A stretch of 58,114 nt of DNA from Gekko japonicus. Lineage: Eukaryota. Each line of letters opens with the position of its first letter. The first letter of the stretch is position 1. The notes beneath the pieces were generated by a model. The model searched no databases, was not told the DNA's origin, and saw only the letters and a program-made list of their open reading frames with translations. A program made the position numbers and the translations under genes. This document shows positions 1 to 11,777 of the stretch, one piece after another. The stretch lies in the NCBI RefSeq assembly GCF_001447785.1, contig NW_015169198.1:359130-417243 (forward strand), given 5' to 3'.

Positions 1-845
1 GGGAGAGATGCTGCTCTCTGCCTGACCTGGTATACCTGGCCCTCGGGCCAACCCCTGCCAAGAAGGAGGACAGCCTGTCACGCTTTCCCATGGGCCCTGC
101 CTCTGTGCCTTCTTTATCCTCTGGGGCTGAGGGAAGTTTGGGACTTCGCCTGCCTGCCTTCCACAAGGCCGGGAATGGGGGAGGAGGGTTGAGGACCTGC
201 CAACCTGGCCTGACAAACTCTTCAAGCCCCGGGGACAGGGAAGGCAGGGGCGTGTCACCAGGAGGAGGCCAGCCTCTAATGCTCTTCTGCCTCTTGGCCC
301 TCTTCATCCTCTGGGGCTAAGGGAAGTTTTCTACATAGGAAATGTGGTTTGTGTCCCACCCAGGAGGTCATGGGACGCGCAGACTGGGTGCTGGGGACCC
401 CGACAGACCCCGCAAGGCCCCCTAGGCATGACTCACCAGACGGGGTGAAGACCAACTGTCCGAGGAGGGAGTCGGGAGCGGGGGGCCCTCCCTCATCAGG
501 CTGCACTGGCTGGGCCCAGAGACAGGACCGGGGTCAACAGGGCAGCACCACGGAAGAGGAGAGGGGCGGTGGCAGCTTCTTCGACGAGCCAGGAGCGGAC
601 ACGAAGCAGCGAGTACAGTCACAGATTGGCGACAGCAGCGCAGCCCAGGGGCTGCCAGAGCTGCCGCCGGTGCATCAGCACTCGCCCCGGAGACATCCCG
701 CCGGCGTCCAGGCAGATAAAGGAGGGTGTGGCCCAAGTTGGAGGACAGATGGACAGTCCTGGAAGCGGGGCGGGGAGATAAAAGGCATGGTAGAGAAGGG
801 GCCGGGGAGGAGGAGTATGCTGTGGAACAGAGTGGGGCGCTGACA
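1..845. mobile_element. GC-rich unclassified repeat, possibly LTR-like, cut by the window edge
   Basis: GC/CpG-rich block ending ...GGCGCTGACA (845). Internal 29-bp direct repeat at 111-139 and 301-329. GC-box plus GATAAAAG motif near 765-785. Confidence 0.35.
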
Positions 846-869
846 AACAGAGAGATGAGAGACGGGAAA

Positions 870-1144
870 GAAGAAAAAGAAGAAGAGATTGGATTTATAC
901 CCCACCCTTCACTTGGAGTCTCAGAGCGGCTTACAAACTCCTTTCCCTTCCCCTCCCCACAACAGACACCCTGTGAGGTGGGTGGGGCTGAGAGAGCTCT
1001 GACACAAACTGCTCTTTTTCAAGGACAGCTGTGCCAGAGCTTGTGACTGACCCAAGGTCACATCAGCAGGTGCAAGTGGAAGAGTGGGGAATCAAACCGG
1101 GTTCTCCCAGATTAGAGTCCGCGCACTTAACCACTACACCAAAC
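870..1144 (-). mobile_element. Squam3-like tRNA-derived SINE
   Basis: Reverse complement reads TGGTGTAGTGGTTAAG (A box)...GGTTTGATTCCC (B box)...CTCTCAGCCCCACC...GGTATAAATCCAATC(TCT)n. Near-identical to copies at 23048 and 47406. Confidence 0.9.
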
Positions 1145-3485
1145 AAGTTAGGCGGACAGACTGTCACTGGCCTGAGATCACAATATCAGGAACCTCATTG
1201 CTAAATGTGGATTCGAACCCAGATCTCCCCCATATCAATCCTATACTTTATTCGCTGTCCATGAGTGCCTGGATGTAGAGCCATGTTTACCAGTATTCCC
1301 ATAGAAAATTGGAAGAGTTTGCCGTTTTACCCTGTTCTATAGACTTTTGACTATGCTGAATGTTCCCCAGGTTTATTTTCAGTTGCCCCCACCAAATCTT
1401 CTTAATATTCCTCTTTGTCTGGTTTTGTTCACTGCTTTGTTTCCCTTTTTTCATCTGCTTCAGTGCTGGAGGGTTTTGTTTTGTTCTGTTTGCACTGGAG
1501 ACAAGGGTTTCTTTCTCCTCCCTGGAGTCATCCCAGCTAATCAGGAATCACATAATAAATTTGATGGGGCTATTATGCCGTCTAGTCAGTTATATTGGGC
1601 CATGTGACAATGACGTTAAGGACAAATGAAGCCAACTGAGACCTCCTTAAATCCTGAAGTCATCCCCTCTTCCCAAGAAGGCAGCAAATAAATTTTATTA
1701 CGTGCACCTCGACTCGACCTAATAATAAAGCAATGAATGAAGAGCCCATTTCCTAACTGTTTCTGTCAACTCTTAACCTTTAGGTGAACATCTGTTATGA
1801 AACACATCTATCTTACCAGATAACCCACTGACTTGCCAGTCCTCTAATTGTCCTTTCTTTTCTTTTTTTTAGCACCCTGTGATGGTGCTTTAAAGTTTTA
1901 TTGGATTGGGGGCTGGGAATCCCCTTCCCTAACCAGGCAGAGATTCAATTACTGAATTTCTGAATGACTCAGGCGATGGGACCCGTGTAATTTCATTTGG
2001 CATATTTGTAGTCTGCATTTCTCAGAGAGACTTGAAGCAATTCATGGAGAGAGATAATCACACCTTGCAGGACATTTATCGAGTGCTGCAATAGGACTAG
2101 CCATACTAGACTGAGTAACACAAACAACAATGCGAATATACAGTATAACATATGCAACAATGCAAATGAGCAATGTGATAGGACTAGGAGTAAAAACATG
2201 CATGCCAATGTGAAAACAAACTTCTCTGGCTGTCAATAGTATAACCAATGCTGAATGTGAGATTAAAACAGTACAGACAATATTTTCCCACTGTCTCTGA
2301 TGGACCCCAACAGGGAAAACTCCTTCCAGACTCTGGCAGACTGTTCAGCAAAAATGTGGTCTACAAGGAGATCCTGCAGTCACCATAATCATTCTTCCAG
2401 GTACCTCTTAAAATACCTCTCAGGCTCTGTAACCTATATATGCTCACTGATTTCTCTCAGGGGAGACCACTATGTGGACTGCTGACCAATTTCTCCACAC
2501 ACTACAGCTACATCCACAGCCTCACTCTTACCCTGAAACCATCCATCCGTAACCAATGTTGCTGGCAAACGTACCTCAGCCACATTTTTCTACAAACGAA
2601 TAGAAACACCAGCCTCATTGCTGCTGTAAACTGACCTTCCTATGCTTACAGAAGACAGCATCAATGATTCCGCATCATGACAACCCACCATAACTGACAC
2701 CTCTTTTATACAATACAGCTTTATTCAAAACAGCACACCTCCTTTCAGTGGCTTTCACTGAACAGCAAACTACTCACAGTTCATGTGTCTACCCAAGCAT
2801 TTCGATACCCCACTACAATGCACTTCGTTGTTTACAGCATACCCACAAAACATATGCCTTTTCACAATGAAAAGTATAATGGTTTCACAACACTCATCAC
2901 CCCATACTCCTCTTCATCATCCCAACATAACCTTCTGAGACTTTCCTCACAACCCCTCTTTCCACCCAACTTTCTTTCAGACCTCTTTATAACAGGATCA
3001 ACACTGTGACCACAACCACATTGAAGAACAGGGACATCCAACATAAACTGACTTTGCATACTGCCCAATTGCAGAAATTACTCCACAGACCCCTCTGCTC
3101 AGCATTTTCTGCCCCACATTGTATGATCTTGGACACCACTTATTGTGTAGCATCAGGTATGTGAGACTTTACTACCACGTTTCTGCCTTTCTACTACATA
3201 CTGCTAATATGTACTTAACCAACTTCCAGCCACTGCATTCTTTACACATCACATCTTTCTAGAGCTCCTTGTATTACTTCTACAATGAGCTTTACCACTA
3301 GTATACCTATATTACAAACAAAAGAGAACTCCAGTCTCCAACGACATCCTATAGCTGAAAGTAAAAGCCTAAACTGTCATACATAAACAAGAACACATTG
3401 AAAGGGACACACCATTGTGTGAATTCCCTGATTCAGAATTCAATGACAAATTTGAGCTTGGATTTAAACAGGGTTCTCACCAAGG

Positions 3486-3489
<4 letters not shown>

Positions 3490-3537
<48 letters not shown>

Positions 3538-3745
3538 GTGCCATCAAGTCACAGCTGAATTATGGTGACCCCATAGGGTTCTCAAGGCAAGAGACATTCA
3601 GAGGTGGTTTGCCATTGCCTGCCCCTGCATAGTGACCCTCAACTTCCTTGGTGGTGTCCCATCTGAATACTAACCAGGGTTGATCCTGCTTAGCTTCCAA
3701 GGCCTGACAAGGTAAGGCTAGCCAGGGCCATCCAGGTAAGGGCAA
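3490..3745 (-). mobile_element. 5S rRNA-derived SINE with RTE-type tail and (CA)n
   Basis: Minus strand has GGAAGCTAAGCAGG...CCTGGTTAGTA.T..GATGGGA.ACC (5S internal promoter region) and ends GACTTGATGGCACTT(CA)n. Confidence 0.85.
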
Positions 3746-3829
3746 AGAATTTGAAATTGTAATGGGGGCTAGCTATATGTATTTTGTTTCCTCTGGTTGA
3801 GTGGGGGGTACAGTTTACTCTCCTTCGAA

Positions 3830-4096
3830 GATAAAATGATTAAAATGAAGCTGTCATACTTTGGTCACATTATGAGATGACAGGAGTCCTTGGAAAAGAC
3901 AATCATGCTGAAAAAAGTTGAAGGCAGCCAGAGAAAGACCCAACATGTGGATTGACTCAATAAAGGAAGCCAGGGCTTTCAGCTTGCAAGACCTGAGCAA
4001 GGCTGTTAATGATAGGACATTTTGAAGGTCATTAATTTATAACGTTGCCATAATTTGGAAGCGACTTGATGGCACTTAACACAAACACACACACAC
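3830..4096 (+). mobile_element. RTE-clade LINE 3' end
   Basis: Decayed frame KLSYFGHIMR*QESLEKTIMLKKVEG. Ends GACTTGATGGCACTTAAC(CA)n. Confidence 0.85.
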
Positions 4097-5559
4097 AATT
4101 TATGCTGATTCTTCTGCACTTTGAAAAGGACTGAGACACTGCTATCCTGGACTAAATGAGCTCCAACATTGAAATCTTACATTATAATAAAGGGGTCATG
4201 AGAAAATCTGCTGTTTTTAATAAAAATAAGCCAACACAGTTGGAGTTCTGTTATATACTTATGTTGTTGTGAGGCACTTTCCTGTGCAATTCCCTATGAA
4301 CAGATTTAAATTGCCTACTCATAAGCAGAGACATTTGAACACCCATCAGGTCAGCTTATGATGTGTTTGCCAAGCATGAATGGGGAGCTGATTTTTTTGA
4401 CAATGATTCAGTCATTCATCAGCAGTTCAAGTCTGTTCATCAGGTTTTCCGTTTTACATATTCATGTACATTTTCACATAGCTCAATGTGATTTCTAGTT
4501 TTCCCCCTTCCCACAGACCTGTTATCATTGCATAAAACTCGGCAATAAATCCTATAAGTGAGAAAATCAGTCAGTTGGCCAGTGATTACAGACACTATGT
4601 TTTTAAAAGTTTTAGTTTGCTGTTTATATATGAATGCATCTTTTCCCACAACCTTCTCAGAGGTGTCTTTCCCTTCCTATGTCATTTCATTAGCTGATTC
4701 AACAATTAATGACCCTAGGGGAGAATCAATTTTACTGACTGTGCAGATGCAAAAGGCAAGGACATAAAACACACAAGTGATCATGGCTTTCAAACATGGT
4801 AGGTTCACCAGCTGAACCTATTTGTGGTAAGGTTTGTGGCACCCCTATTGAAAAAGACTGTATCATGTCTTGTGGTTGTTGTGGGCAAAAGGATGCTGAC
4901 CTTTAAGACAGAAAGATGATTGGCCACAGTTTTTGTTACACAAAACAGTTGTACCTCATGAGAGCTGGGAGGGAGGAATGTTCAAACATCTGCTAGCATG
5001 ATTCATATCCTGTTTGCCGGTTGCAAATAGGGAGCTGATTTTTCTGACGTTTTAATAATTCTGCCAAATAAATTACAGCTTAAGTTCCATAGAAACAACA
5101 GGTATAACATTTATACTTTATTCCATTTATTTCTGTGACTTCGCATATCATATTTATTAACTGATATAAAATATTTCTTAACAAATATTGTAGGCTTCAT
5201 TTTCTTCATTGATTCAATGAGAGTCTCCAAGAGTAAGGGAGATTCTGAAGTACGTAGTGCTGCAAGGCCATATTTAGGTACCAACTAATGTTTCAGTTGT
5301 AAATATTGCCATTCAACAGAAGTTGACAACTCATTCATTTCTAGACCTCAGCTGAGAAAATGACAAAAACTCATCACCATAGCCTGTTAATTGGTCCAAA
5401 GTAAAAATCCTCCTGTCTGACCAAGCACTCCATAAAAGATTTCATCCCATTTTTAAAATCTGGATTGTCCCATGGTGTTTTTTTTTTTAAGTTTATTTAT
5501 AAGTTTTTCCACATTTACAGCCATGTGCATATGAACTGATTTTACATATCTGGAGTCAA

Positions 5560-8365
5560 TTATACCGATTTTTCTTCCAACCATTTGTAAACTCTTTACC
5601 ATCGTTTTTGGAACATCTTTTCATCTTTTCATTGAATCAACATATTTAATTTGTCCATCTCTGCAATATCTAATGGTTTCTGTGCAATTTCATCTCTTGA
5701 GGGTAATTTTTCAGATTTCCAATACTTAACTATTAATATTCTAGCCAAAGTTAGAATATATGTCAACAAATATACCACATTTTGCTCAAAACAGTCAGGG
5801 ATTATATTCAGTAAATAAAATTCAGGTAATAGTTTTAAGTTAACATTCAGTATTTCTAAAGTTATCCTGTTAATATTTAACCAGAACTTATGTATCATCC
5901 CACATCTCCACCACATGTGAATAAAAGTTCCTATATTAGCTTTACATTTCCAACAGTTTCTAGAGGCTGAAGCAGGACACTTAGCAATTCTATCTGGTGA
6001 CCAATACCATCTATGGAACATTTTATAGATGCTTTCTTTAAATGAGGTTGCTCTTAGAAATTTCATTATTTTTCATATTCTGGACCATTCATCTATATTT
6101 ATGTTGTGTCCAATATCTTGCATCCAAGCAATCATTGAGGGTTTGACTATTTTGTACTGAATAAAGTCTTCTAATTAAAAAATTATATAGTTTTTCTATC
6201 ATTTTATCACTGGTTGAGAGCCAAATTTTATCCAATTCATTTTTAGTCTCGTAGAAGCCGATTGTATTATCTTTACTAAATCTTGATTGCAATTGTATAT
6301 TTTCCCACTAAGTCAAGTTTATATTCTTCAATCGTAAGATCTCTGGGGTTTTTAGTCTATTGGTTTTGTCTAATAATATATCATAAGTTTCTCTCTTTTT
6401 CAGTCATAAGCGGTTTTATGAATGCTTCTAATGGAGAAACCCACTTTGGGATTTTTGTGTAATATTTTTTTTTAATTCTGCTTCAAATTTTTATCAAGAC
6501 TCCCCTTACAATATGTTGATGAAAATTTGAATGTATTTTATCTTTACCATACCAAACATAGGCATGCCAGCCCATGCTCACGTCATGACCTTCTAGTTTC
6601 AAGATTCTCAATTTTCCAGAGTTATCCAATCTAATCCATCCTAAAGATGCTGCTTGGTAATACAGTTTCCAATTAGGTAGCCCAAATCCACCTCTTTTGT
6701 TTTTATCTTGTAATACTTTCCATTTAATCCGTGCTTTTTTAGGGTACCAAATAAATTGTCGAATAATTCTATCCAGGTCAGGAAAATATTGAGTTCTCTT
6801 CAGGATTGGTATGTTTTGGGCAAAGAATAAAAAAGTGGAAGTATATTCATTTTGATAGTTGCTATTCTGCCCAATAGTGATAATTGTAAGTCTTTCCATT
6901 TAAGAAGGTCTTTTCTGATTTCATCTAATAGCTTTTGGTAATTATTTTCTGTTAATGCACTATTTCTATTTGTCATTACTATGCCCAAATATTTAATTTT
7001 GTTCATGATTTCTATTTTTGTTTTATCTTGGATCTCCCTTATTGTTTCTTGTGTACAATTTTTGTTAGTATTTTGGGTTTTTTAATGTTTATTTTGAGGC
7101 AAGCTACTGTTCCATAATTTATTTATTTATTTTATTTATTATTTCGACTTCTATACCGCTCAGACCTGAAGGTCTCAGAGCGGTTTACAATCGTGTTGCA
7201 AGTGCAAATGCTCCTAATTCTATGGCCACATTGTTTCAGGGGTGGGGGTTTCCTACCAGCACCCGGGTGGGTTCGCTGCTTGCTGCTCGCGGCTCTCCAG
7301 CAGTTCACTCGGCCAGTGTATATCTGCAGTTGGTTTCTTCCCCTGGCGTAGATCTTCCGGCGCACGGCCCACAGCAGTCCCGGCTCAGCTCTGCACATAT
7401 TTGGCTCCGCTGTGCCTGCGCCGCTTGTGCTGCCGTGCGCTTTGCCGACGCCGTCGCTCCACTTCTCCGTCATCGGACGCCGGGCACTGGGTGCTGTTAT
7501 ACTCATCAGCCACCAGGGATCACCGCATCGTGTTGTCGCGCTTGCTGTTCCGCCCTCGCCATCACTGCTGCCGCCGCCGCCATTGCTAGTATTCGTCTGC
7601 CGCTGGTATTCGTCTGCCACTGTCATCGCCGAACTCCACCACATCCCCACACGGAGGAGGGTGCCCCCTACCCTTCTAAGGGTAGGTACCCATTTATCTA
7701 CTTGTACTCTTACTTTCGAACCGCTGGGTGGGCGGGAGCTAGGACTGAGGGCCGGGAGCTCACCCCGGCCGCGGTGGGTCTCGAACAGCCACTAGGGTTG
7801 TTCTTGATGTTACATGCAAGCGTTGTTATTGCTTGCGCCACCACTCCCTTGTATTACATCCAAGAGATGGGTGATAGATGTTAACGGTTCTTCTATTATG
7901 AAGACTAGATCGTCTGCGAAAGCTTGTAATTTAAATTCTTCACCTCTTATTTTCAGACCTCTTATGTAATCGCTGTTTCTCACTAAATCATATAAGGATT
8001 CTAATGGAAAAATAAATAGTAACAGTGATAAAGGACATCCTTGCCTTGTTCCTTTCTGAATCTCAATGTTTTGTGTCATGTCACCGTTAACCATAATTTT
8101 AGCATATTGTTTTTTATATATCGCTGTAATCATTGACAAAAAATGGGCCCACAGTCCCATACATCAAGCTTTTGTCTCAGAAATTCCCATGTTACATTGT
8201 CAAATGCTTTTTCTGCATCTAAAAAAATTAAAGCCAATTGTTTCTCCGGGTGAGTGTCATAGTATTCTAGGACATTAATGATGGTTCTTATATTATTTTT
8301 CAATTGTGTTTTCGGGAGAAATCCAGCCTGGTCTTGATGAATAATTTGGGACAATACTTTTTTTT
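5560..8365 (-). pseudogene. L1 ORF2 remnant (RT and C-terminal Cys-rich region, endonuclease missing)
   Basis: IIHQDQAGFLP, LDAEKAFD, KGTRQGCPLS, QAFADDL, KYLGI, GGFGLPNW, CWKC...HMWWRC motifs spread over several frames. Confidence 0.9.
7118..7848 (-). mobile_element. Composite SINE copy 1 (Sauria-like tRNA head, CpG-rich body, L2-type tail), inserted in L1 ORF2
   Basis: Head GGGAGTGGTGGCGCA...GTTCGAGACCC...GGTGAGCTCCCG...GTTCGAAAG...AGTAGATAAATGGGTACC. Tail TGTAAACCGCTCTGAGACC...GAGCGGTATAG then (TAAA)-like repeats. Confidence 0.85.
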
Positions 8366-8379
8366 GCCCCCCCCAATGG

Positions 8380-8922
8380 CTTCTATTTCCGCTGAGATCT
8401 CTTCATTAGTTCCAATTTTAAGTTGTTCCACTAAATTCTGGGTTATTTCTTCTTTCAGGTTTTTATCTATATCTTCTGTTATATTTTGACATCTTAAAAT
8501 AAGCCCAGCTTTATCCATTTCCAGGTTAATCAGGGATTCTTCCATTTTATCACTTTTTCTTTTTAATTCTTGTATTTCCTGGTTTAAATCATGAACTTTT
8601 CCTTCTAGTTTGTTTGTGGTTTTTGTAATTTTTGATATTTCTGTTTTATTTTCAGTTATCTGCTTTTTGATTTCTTCCATCTCAGTCTTAATCAGATTTG
8701 ATATTTCTTCCATTTTTACCTGAATGGGTTCTATTTCTTTTTTAACGCTGGTAGAGTAGATTCTGTTGCAAGTTGAATTGCTTGGATTACACTCTCTTGA
8801 ATAAGAGTTTTCAACTCTTACATCGTCATCTGAGCAACACTCATTTTTAATTGAATTGGTACCCCTGTTTGCCCTGGCGATGGTATGGAACCTTTCCTGC
8901 TTCCACCACTCCCTGATGCCAT
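8380..8922 (-). pseudogene. L1 ORF1 N-terminal/coiled-coil remnant
   Basis: MASGSGGSRKGS... then coiled coil MEEISNLIKTEMEEIKKQ...LRCQNITED. One stop and one frameshift. Truncated at a G/A-run junction. Confidence 0.8.
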
Positions 8923-11559
8923 GTATTTTATTTTATTTTCTATAGTATAATCTCTTATTGTTGGAATATCCTTGTTTTTACTGGCTGTTTTCTCTAAGGC
9001 AGTTTATTTTCAAGTTGTATCACAACCTTTATAATTTTCCCTTCTTTTATATTATTCTATAAATATTTTTCTCTTAACACAATTACAAAAACTGTAAATG
9101 TATTTTTAATTCTATATACTTTCTTTACTTTCTTTATGGTGTCATTTCTACTAGTTCATTTCTCTTCCTTTCTCTTTCTTGTGTTTTGTAGTCTTCTGTA
9201 TTATTTCCGACTAGTCACTCTCAGTTCATGTCTCTTTAAGTGTCTCATCTTCTCCTTTTTCCCTGTCGCGCTGTGATGAGTCAGAGTTTGCTCTCTCTGT
9301 GCTGATCCACATCACCTCCAGCCCATTCCCTCCTCGTCACTGCATCTCCGCCTCGCTCCTTGCTCTAAAACCACTTTGTCACCACTGCAACACTGGGATC
9401 TCAGTTAAAGAGACAGAAGACAGGAAAGAACAAAAAGAAATTATGTAGTAACTATTATCTAAATCCAGTAAGCTTCTACACATCCTAACTTAATCTCCGA
9501 AATGGTAGGGTTTATCTGAGCTTTCTTTACTTAACTGCTCTCGCAAACTCGCCTGCTCTTGAAACTAACTGGGATGTTCCTTCCCCCCCCCTCTGAGCTC
9601 TCCGCTTTTTTCTAATGTTTTTTGCTTCCCATTTCTCCCCCCCCCCCCGGAGATGAAACTAAATAAAAATACTTAGCTTCATTTGTTGTGTCTTTGTTCT
9701 TTTGAGTTCTGGTGTTAGACTCCGTTGGTTCTGATGGATTCTTCTGACGCTCGGGTGGACGAAGTCTCATCTCGTCCAGTTCCTAGTAACTTCCCACTAT
9801 TGGAACAAACCTGGAAAGTTTGGGGGGACTGCCACCCTCCCCTACTTCTGTTAAAATTTCCTTGCAAAGTCTCTCTCTATGGGAGACTACGTTTGACTAG
9901 TGTATTGGTCAGAGAAAGTTGTAGGAAAAGCTAAGATGTGCAGAGAAACCTCCACTCGCGCCCGCTCTTTTTAAGCCCGGAACCTCCATTTATTGTCCCA
10001 TAGTTTTAATTTAACATGAAAATTGGTCAAATTGATATTGTTGTGACATTATATGCCATAAATCTCTAACTGGAGAAACTGCAGGAGGACAGGATCTATT
10101 TTAACATTAATAGACCCTAACACATTCCATTTAAAAAGTGTCACTAAATCGGTTGTCTCAGTAGTCTGTAGTGACACTAAAGGCTGTTGATTAGTTTGAA
10201 TTGGCAATGTCTTTGTGCATGCAGTTTTGCAAAACCTCAATGCCTGTTCAGCAGAACAGAGCAAGATAGGTGATTGGCTCATGTCTTATCAACATGTTCA
10301 AATGTGGCAAGTTCAATCGCCAAATGCATTTGTGACAAAATTTGCATCATCCCTGGAAGAAATGACAGAGAGGGACAAGTTGTCACCTTATACCACTCCT
10401 AGAAGAATCCTTGCAATAAATGTAGATCATGGGACTTGCCTGCAAACTATCTAACTTTAAGAAAAAATTAGTGGCTGCAGTTAGAAGTGCTAACCCTAAC
10501 CCTAACTGTATCTGATCCTGCAACATAGATGGCATAGTAAAAAAGAAGTCATGGATTGTTAACAAAACAACAGCAGATCCCCAATGACTGGAAGAAGCTA
10601 GCTCCTAGCAACACCAGCGGTAGAATGCCATGCATCACAATAACTAGGACAAATCTTCACAGCTCAGGTTCTCTGAATTGCAGTTTTTGCCACACCAACC
10701 AATGTAGTTGAATTAGTGCTCTCTTTCTGTTCAGTTAAAGAACTCCCTCTTAGTCTCATCCAACTGCCATGCTAAAGAGTAGATATATTTTTTCCTGCTA
10801 TAGTTCAAAGACAACTGCACATCCTTAATGGTGCATCATAATGCACACAGCAGTAGAAACATATCACTTTTGGTGCCTGCCAAGAGAGCAGCTGATGACA
10901 ACAGGAGGCCAGAACCTCACTAAGGCATGTGTGTGCTGCGGCATGCCCATTGTTGTTGGCCAGGGCCAATAGTTCAAGTACTACTCATAATGTATTGAGG
11001 CATAATGAGAGATGGCAGAGGGAAAAGCTGGGTCTTTGCAGTACCTTCATCTGTTGCTTCGGCTTCCAGATGCCTGCTGCTAGCACAACACACAGAGCTC
11101 AAGGAGCACAGAGTACAGTTCATATCTTGCTTCAAGCGAGTGTCCTGATCAACCCTCCTGTGATCTCTTTATTCCACTTTGCTTTTTTGTACACGGCATA
11201 CCACAGGGGCTATTCAGAAACCTTTTAAACCAGGACATTTTAATCTGTTCTCTTCATCCCCAAGAAGTCTTGAGCCTCAGGATCTGAAAACACAAGCTTA
11301 CACAGTGAGGGAAATGACACCGAGGAAGTAGAAAGAAGTTCATCTTTGGACACAGTGTGATGGAAATAATTAGTTGCTATGGAACAGGCTGTTTTGTTCC
11401 ATTGCCATCAATAAGATGAAGTGTTGGATTCTTTTTACAAGAGTTGATTTGGAGAATGTTATTAATTTTTAGTGCCTCTACATCTGTCCTAAGACAACGG
11501 GAGCCCTTGAAAGATATTTTGTTGGGGGGGGAACCATTGCTCAAAGTATGCCCTGTTCA

Positions 11560-11777
11560 TAAGGTTGCCAGGCTCCAGATGAGGCCTGGAGATCCCCCAG
11601 AATTACAAGTGATTTCCAGACAACAGATATCAGTTCCCCTGGATAAAATGACTGCTTTGGAGGGTGGAGTCTATGGTATCATATCCCTCTGAGGTCCCTC
11701 CCCTCCTCAAACCCCATCCTCCCCAGGTTCCACCGCCAAATCTCAAGGAATTTTCCAACCTGGAGTTGGCAATCCTG
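11560..11777. mobile_element. hAT-type MITE (TAGGGTTGCCA family)
   Basis: Degenerate TIRs TAAGGTTGCCA / TGGCAATCCTG. TSD CCTGTTCA/TCTGTTTA (6 of 8 match). Confidence 0.75.

Larger units (their letters stand above)
5477..9991 (-). mobile_element. L1-clade LINE with both ends, internally deleted and decayed
   Basis: Poly(A) at about 5478-5488. TSD ATTGTCCCAT(G/A)GT at 5464-5476 and 9992-10004. GC-rich 5' end, ORF1 and ORF2 fragments. Confidence 0.92.

Noticed and set aside
349-843. 164-aa ORF, and similar GC-rich ORFs at 22196-22783 and 37952-38387
   Set aside because: Chance ORFs inside GC-rich repeats with no recognisable motifs.
7645-7668. HDV-like ribozyme suggested by CCCTCCTCC(G/T)TGTG(G/A)GG on the sense strand of the composite SINE
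   Set aside because: The loop is too long for canonical L3, and I could not build P1, P2 or J4/2.
7132-7884. Long overlapping ORFs (172 and 220 aa), with equivalents at 21260-21736 and 55645-56181, as protein genes
   Set aside because: They lie in GC-rich SINE bodies where stops are rare, frames are not consistently conserved among the three copies, and no domain is recognisable.
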